Shown here piece after piece: positions 27,361 to 31,553 of a stretch of 31,553 bases of DNA (position 1 is the stretch's first letter; each line of letters begins with the position of its first letter). Position numbers and translations under genes: made by a program. The notes below the pieces were generated by a model, which worked only from the letters and a program-made list of their open reading frames with translations, ran no database searches and had not been told where the DNA came from. Source of the DNA: an uncultured Clostridiaceae bacterium (GTDB lineage: Bacteria; Bacillota; Clostridia; TANB77; CAG-465); contig CAZXLZ010000005.1 in the NCBI GenBank assembly GCA_964642045.1, positions 5,441 to 36,993 on the forward strand. Direction: 5' to 3'.

Positions 27361-28597
27361 TGATGTTTTAGATATACTTGACTGCTTAAATAGTGAAAAT
27401 ATAGATTATTTCATAATAAGAGACTTTAAAACTGTAGATGACATTATAAACTCTAAAGATATTGACATATATATAAATAAAAATGATTTAAAAAGAGTAG
27501 ATAAGTTATTTAAAGATAGAAAATGGATAATACCAGCTTTAGATAATAATAAATATCCACATAAACAATATTTTAAAATGTCAAAAGATAAGATATATGT
27601 GTTTGATATTGTAGATTCATTTTATTACGGGAAAAATAATTTAAAGTTAAATATAGATAAATTAAAAAATAATAAAGTAAGAAGAAAAATAGAAGATATA
27701 AATGTAGCAGATGAAAAATTAGCACTTACTACAATGCTTATGCATATAGTTTTTGATAAAGAGATGGTATCAGATAAAAACTTTAAAATTCTATCTGATA
27801 TGTATGAGGATTATATTTCATCAAAAGAGAATAATGATGTAAATGAAACAGAAAGAATTTCAAAAGATATTATAGAAAGAGGAATGGATTTATCAAATGA
27901 AAGAATAACTACTTATCAAAAAGAACTATTAAGATCAGATCTTCTTATACACCAGGGGTTGAAAAATACTTTTTTAAAGATTAGAAATGTATTTAAAAAT
28001 ATAATAAAAAAATTAGAAAGAAGGCTTACTAAAAAAACAATAGCTATTATTGGTATGGATGGTACAGGGAAGAGTACTATAGTCAAATCTCTTAAAGGCA
28101 TATATGGCGAAAAATGTAAATTAATATATATGGGTCTTAAAGATTTTAAAATAACCAAACTTTCAAAACTTGTAGAAAGTAAGAATAATAGTTTTTTTGC
28201 TAAGGTAGAGAAAAGATTTTTACTTTTCTTTGAAATGTATAGAAGGTATATGGAGTATAGATATAGTGGTAAGGTTCTTATATTTGATAGGTATGTGGAT
28301 GATATATTTATATGTTCACCAAAAAATGCTAAAAAAATAGATACATTTTTATTTAAATTCTTATTTCCAAAACCTAAAATAAAAATATATATGTACTGCA
28401 AAGAGGAAATTTCATTTGAAAGAAAAGAGGACATAGAAGATAAACAGCTTTTTAGAAATATAAAGGAAAAGTTTGATAATTCGTATATTAATGATAGTAG
28501 AACTTTTTGTATTTCAACTGATGATTCATCAAAAGAGGAAACTTTAAATAAAGTTGTTGAGGTTATAAATAATAATTTTAAAGTAGGGATATTTTAA
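27347..28597 (+). CDS. Two-domain hypothetical protein: N-terminal ~220-aa domain of unknown function plus C-terminal P-loop kinase domain resembling thymidylate kinase / deoxynucleoside-kinase fold
   Basis: Walker A IAIIGMDGTGKST (GxDGxGKST). A downstream LIFDRYVDD gives Walker B plus the DRY motif characteristic of dTMP kinases. The N-terminal domain (DYFIIRDFKTVDDIINSKDIDIYINKNDL...) is unrecognised. The start overlaps the wzx stop, suggesting translational coupling. Confidence 0.55.
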   Translation: MKINNDVLDILDCLNSENIDYFIIRDFKTVDDIINSKDIDIYINKNDLKRVDKLFKDRKWIIPALDNNKYPHKQYFKMSKDKIYVFDIVDSFYYGKNNLKLNIDKLKNNKVRRKIEDINVADEKLALTTMLMHIVFDKEMVSDKNFKILSDMYEDYISSKENNDVNETERISKDIIERGMDLSNERITTYQKELLRSDLLIHQGLKNTFLKIRNVFKNIIKKLERRLTKKTIAIIGMDGTGKSTIVKSLKGIYGEKCKLIYMGLKDFKITKLSKLVESKNNSFFAKVEKRFLLFFEMYRRYMEYRYSGKVLIFDRYVDDIFICSPKNAKKIDTFLFKFLFPKPKIKIYMYCKEEISFERKEDIEDKQLFRNIKEKFDNSYINDSRTFCISTDDSSKEETLNKVVEVINNNFKVGIF

Positions 28598-28610
28598 GAT
28601 TATATAATAA

Positions 28611-28652
28611 TAAAAAACTTGGGGCTTATATACTTTAGCCTCAAGCTTTTTA
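28611..28652. terminator. Bidirectional intrinsic terminator between the glycan locus (+) and the Lon-like gene (-)
   Basis: Stem cttggggct / agcctcaag (9 bp, one G-U pair) with loop tatatacttt. It is flanked by an A-run upstream and cttttta downstream. Confidence 0.55.
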
Positions 28653-28654
28653 CG

Positions 28655-31060
28655 TTATTGATACATTTTACTATTTTCAGCATATTTTTTTAATTTATTA
28701 TATACTAAATAGCTTATAGTTCCTTCTTTAAACTTTCCATTCTTATCTTTATCATTTACTCCAAATGGCATATCAGTTAAAATTTCCATTCCTTCATCGA
28801 TTGTAGTAATAGGATAAATGTGGAACTTTTCTTTCTTTATTTCTTCTATTATTTCATCTGAAAGCGTAAGATTTTTTATATTTTGTTTTGGTATAAGAAC
28901 ACCATGAGTTCCATCTAAGCCTCTTTCTTTACATACTTTAAAGAATCCTTCAATCTTTTCTGTAACTCCACCTATTGGCTGAATTTCACCTTTTTGGTTT
29001 ACAGATCCTGTTACAGCAATACTTTGTTTTATTGGAACTTCTGATAAAGAAGAAAGGATTGCATAAAGCTCAGTAGAAGAAGCACTATCGCCATCAACAC
29101 CGTTATATAACTGTTCAAAACATAGACTAGCTGTAAGTGATAGAGGAAATTCTTGTGCATATTTTTCTCCAATATATGCAGATAAAATATATACACCTTT
29201 AGAATGTGTTGTGCCACTCATTGAAACTTCACGTTCAATATTAGTTATACCATTTTTTCCCATAAATGTATTAGCAGTTATTCTAACTGGTTTTCCAAAG
29301 CTACAATCTCCATTATTTATAACTGTAAGTCCGTTAATTTGACCTACTTCACTACCTGAAGTAGATATTATAACACTTCCATCGCTTATCATATCACTTA
29401 AGTTATCATTGAATAATGAATATCTATTTTTTCTAATTGATATCGTTTCTAAAATTTCTTTTGAAGTTACTGTCTTTTTATTTGCTTTTCTTGCTATATG
29501 TTCTGATTCTATAAGGAGGTCTAGTATTTCTAGTCTATTACTTGTTATTTTTTCACTATTTCCAGCAACGCTGCTACTATAATCAATAACCTTTTCTACT
29601 GCATCAGATGTAAAAGGTAGTAAGTCATTAGTCTTACATATAAAAGAGATAAATCCAACAAGTTTATTTATATTAAGTTCTGTTTTATCACAAGTATCCT
29701 CAAATTCAGCTTTAACTTTAAATAGTTTTTTAAAGTCAGGATCTGCTTTACAAAGATTTCTATAATTTGTTTCATTTCCAATTAGTATAAACTGTGTAGT
29801 AATAGGTATTGCCTCAGGAATTAGAGTAGGTAGGTTTGCATTTATATTCATATCTCTTGTTGCATCTATTTTTATTTCACCATTTTTAATAACTCTTTTT
29901 AATGCTTCCCATATAGGCATTGAAGTTACAATATCTTTTACATTTAATACAACAAAACCTCCATTTGCTTTGTGAATTATTCCAGGTTTTAATAGCATTA
30001 AATTAGTTTTTATACCTTGTGGAGAGTTCTCATATTCTAATTTACCGAATAGTTCATAATATGTAGGATTTTTACATATTTCAACTGGCGCACAAGATGA
30101 AGAATCGTTATCAATTATTAAATTAATTCTGTAATTGTCAAAAGGCATAATAGGTTTCATTATATTTTTACCTTGAGCTTCAGGTGAGTTTTTCATTTTT
30201 AGGTACTGCTCATACTGTTTAAAAAGTTCAAGATTGTTTACTACATCACTTTGAATATTATAGAAGAAATTTTGAAGTTTTAAGTTATTTTTATACTTTA
30301 CCTTTAAATCTTTTATGCATTGTGCAGCAATGAAAGTAGCAAGATTAGTTTCCCATGATTTTATATTTTTTTCAGCTTCAATATCTATTTTATCTAAAGA
30401 TTTTAAAGTCTTTAATGTTTCTTCTTGAATTGTAGGACTTTTGTCTTTGAAATAATTTTTATCTGTTTCGGATAGATTGTTAAATTCTTTTTCATTTATT
30501 ATATTTCCATTAAATACCGGAGAAAAAGAGATACCTTCTTTATCATATTTAATTTTAAATCCTTGGCTAAAAGTGTATTTGTCAAAATCAGAAATAATTT
30601 TCTGCTTCATAGAATTATATCTTTCTTTTATATCTTTTTTCTCTTTCTCATACGTATCACCACAAAGCTTAGTAGAAAATTCTATAAGTAGTTTATTTAT
30701 AAACTGATTCATATCTGTTTTTAGTTCATATCCCATACCTGGCTCAAGTTCTACATATATAGGGAAGCTAGGATCATCAAAATTATATATATAACAGTAG
30801 TCATTTGGAACTGGCATATTTTTTGCTAAACTATTAACAACAGAAGTTACATATTCAGTTTTACCTATACCAAAGTTACCAGACACATATAAGTTGAATC
30901 CTTTTTTCATAATTTGCATAGAAGATACAATCGCCTTTAAAGCTCTATCTTGACCAATTATTCCATAAAATGGTTCAACTTCTTTAGTTGTTTTAAATTT
31001 CAAATTATACCCGTCTTTTTTTGTTATTTCATCAGCAGTAAGTTCTATTTTCTTTTTCAT
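28655..31060 (-). CDS. Lon-like ATP-dependent protease of the LonC / COG1067 type. It has an AAA+-like domain interrupted by a large helical insertion and a C-terminal S16 Lon proteolytic domain.
   Basis: ~800 aa. Walker A GNFGIGKTEYV sits near residue 65. A Walker B-like GGFVVLNVKD sits ~300 aa later; this large insertion is typical of LonC-type proteins. The C-terminal S16 domain reads VDGDSASSTELYAILSSLSEVPIKQSIAVTGSVNQKGEIQPIGGVTEKIEG, with the catalytic Ser in DSAS (cf. DGPSAG) and the Lys in GGVTEK. The ATG at 31060 has RBS gggaggaaat. The ORF-track GTG at 31072 lies inside the RBS. Confidence 0.85.
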   Translation of the reverse strand: MKKKIELTADEITKKDGYNLKFKTTKEVEPFYGIIGQDRALKAIVSSMQIMKKGFNLYVSGNFGIGKTEYVTSVVNSLAKNMPVPNDYCYIYNFDDPSFPIYVELEPGMGYELKTDMNQFINKLLIEFSTKLCGDTYEKEKKDIKERYNSMKQKIISDFDKYTFSQGFKIKYDKEGISFSPVFNGNIINEKEFNNLSETDKNYFKDKSPTIQEETLKTLKSLDKIDIEAEKNIKSWETNLATFIAAQCIKDLKVKYKNNLKLQNFFYNIQSDVVNNLELFKQYEQYLKMKNSPEAQGKNIMKPIMPFDNYRINLIIDNDSSSCAPVEICKNPTYYELFGKLEYENSPQGIKTNLMLLKPGIIHKANGGFVVLNVKDIVTSMPIWEALKRVIKNGEIKIDATRDMNINANLPTLIPEAIPITTQFILIGNETNYRNLCKADPDFKKLFKVKAEFEDTCDKTELNINKLVGFISFICKTNDLLPFTSDAVEKVIDYSSSVAGNSEKITSNRLEILDLLIESEHIARKANKKTVTSKEILETISIRKNRYSLFNDNLSDMISDGSVIISTSGSEVGQINGLTVINNGDCSFGKPVRITANTFMGKNGITNIEREVSMSGTTHSKGVYILSAYIGEKYAQEFPLSLTASLCFEQLYNGVDGDSASSTELYAILSSLSEVPIKQSIAVTGSVNQKGEIQPIGGVTEKIEGFFKVCKERGLDGTHGVLIPKQNIKNLTLSDEIIEEIKKEKFHIYPITTIDEGMEILTDMPFGVNDKDKNGKFKEGTISYLVYNKLKKYAENSKMYQ

Positions 31061-31313
31061 ATTTCCTCCCACACTTATACATGAAAAATTGTATAATATA
31101 ATTAATTTTTTTTAAAGTGCGTTAGGAAAAATATGAAATATTTTATACTTTTTGTAATAAATATGTAATAATTTTTTGCGCTTTAGAAATTATATAAACT
31201 AAATTTATAATAATATTTTGATAATAATTATCTAAGTATTTAGTACTTAGATAACCAATATAAGCAAATGTCGAATTTTGCGATGAAAAGTTAATAAAAA
31301 TGTAGAAAAATTA

Positions 31314-31343
31314 TTTACAAACGCATGTTTGAATTGTTATAAT
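31314..31343 (+). promoter_or_regulatory. Putative sigma-A promoter TTTACA-N18-TGtTATAAT (extended -10), with an exact Spo0A-box heptamer TGTCGAA ~40 bp upstream at 31269-31275
   Basis: -35 at 31314-31319, TG at 31335-31336 and -10 at 31338-31343. It would drive the 14-aa upstream ORF and the downstream gene starting at 31482. Confidence 0.4.
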
Positions 31344-31384
31344 ACTCATAGCCATATTTTGCAATCTATAGGTTAGGAGGTGAG

Positions 31385-31429
31385 ATGAAGTTAAACCAAG
31401 TTTTAAATATAACTTATTTAGATGATTAA
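31385..31429 (+). CDS. Possible 14-aa leader/upstream ORF (MKLNQVLNITYLDD) with a very strong RBS
   Basis: aggaggtgag immediately precedes the ATG. It sits between the promoter and the next gene. It is too short to assess coding statistics. Confidence 0.2.
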   Translation: MKLNQVLNITYLDD

Positions 31430-31481
31430 TAGAAAAAAATAAATTCTAAGTGATATGGTAATTGTAAAAGGAGAGGTTTTT

Positions 31482-31553
31482 ATGAGTGGTATAGATAAAA
31501 ATTATACAAATGAGAATTTTGAAGACATCAAACATATTGATGAAAATGGTGAT
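31482..31553 (+). CDS. 5' end of an unidentified gene (MSGIDKNYTNENFEDIKHIDENGD...), truncated by the window edge
   Basis: RBS aaaggagagg lies 6 nt before the ATG at 31482. The frame is open to the end of the window. Confidence 0.5.
   Translation, partial: MSGIDKNYTNENFEDIKHIDENGD

Noticed and set aside
1-31553. Search for CRISPR arrays, tRNA/rRNA genes, IS elements, integrases or phage genes
   Set aside because: No regularly spaced direct repeats were seen. No GC-rich cloverleaf-sized segments were seen. No transposase- or integrase-like ORFs or long terminal inverted repeats were seen. The only tandem repeats are intragenic coding repeats.

Overview
This is an AT-rich chromosomal segment from a low-GC Firmicute, almost certainly a Clostridium-like spore former. 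It uses GGAGG-type ribosome-binding sites, TTGACA/TATAAT promoters, some GTG/TTG starts, and carries spoIIE, comEC and pta-ackA. Genes in order:
- the 3' end of an acidic repeat surface protein
- a GC-richer structured non-coding element ending in an intrinsic terminator
- comEC
- an orphan acidic 478-aa protein
- spoIIE
- a DUF1294 membrane protein (minus strand)
- a membrane-anchored orphan SBP_bac_5-like protein
- a 203-aa hypothetical (minus strand)
- a flotillin (SPFH domain) with an Ala/Glu coiled-coil
- pta-ackA, an M24 peptidase and an M18 aminopeptidase
- an ~11 kb, 8-gene Wzx/Wzy-type surface-glycan locus (17.7-28.6 kb)
- a convergent, monocistronic LonC/COG1067-type Lon-like protease (minus strand)
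- a promoter-leader region with a 14-aa upstream ORF and the start of another gene

The glycan locus is the best candidate for an undescribed system. It has a PglC-like small phosphoglycosyltransferase, a GT2, a Wzy/ligase-GT4 fusion, an acyltransferase-3-DUF1919 fusion, a GT4, a choline-kinase/APH-like kinase, a Wzx flippase, and a two-domain protein with a thymidylate-kinase-like P-loop. Several of these architectures are unusual.

No tRNA, rRNA, CRISPR array or mobile element was found. The evident opposite-strand ORFs inside genes are artefacts of codon composition.
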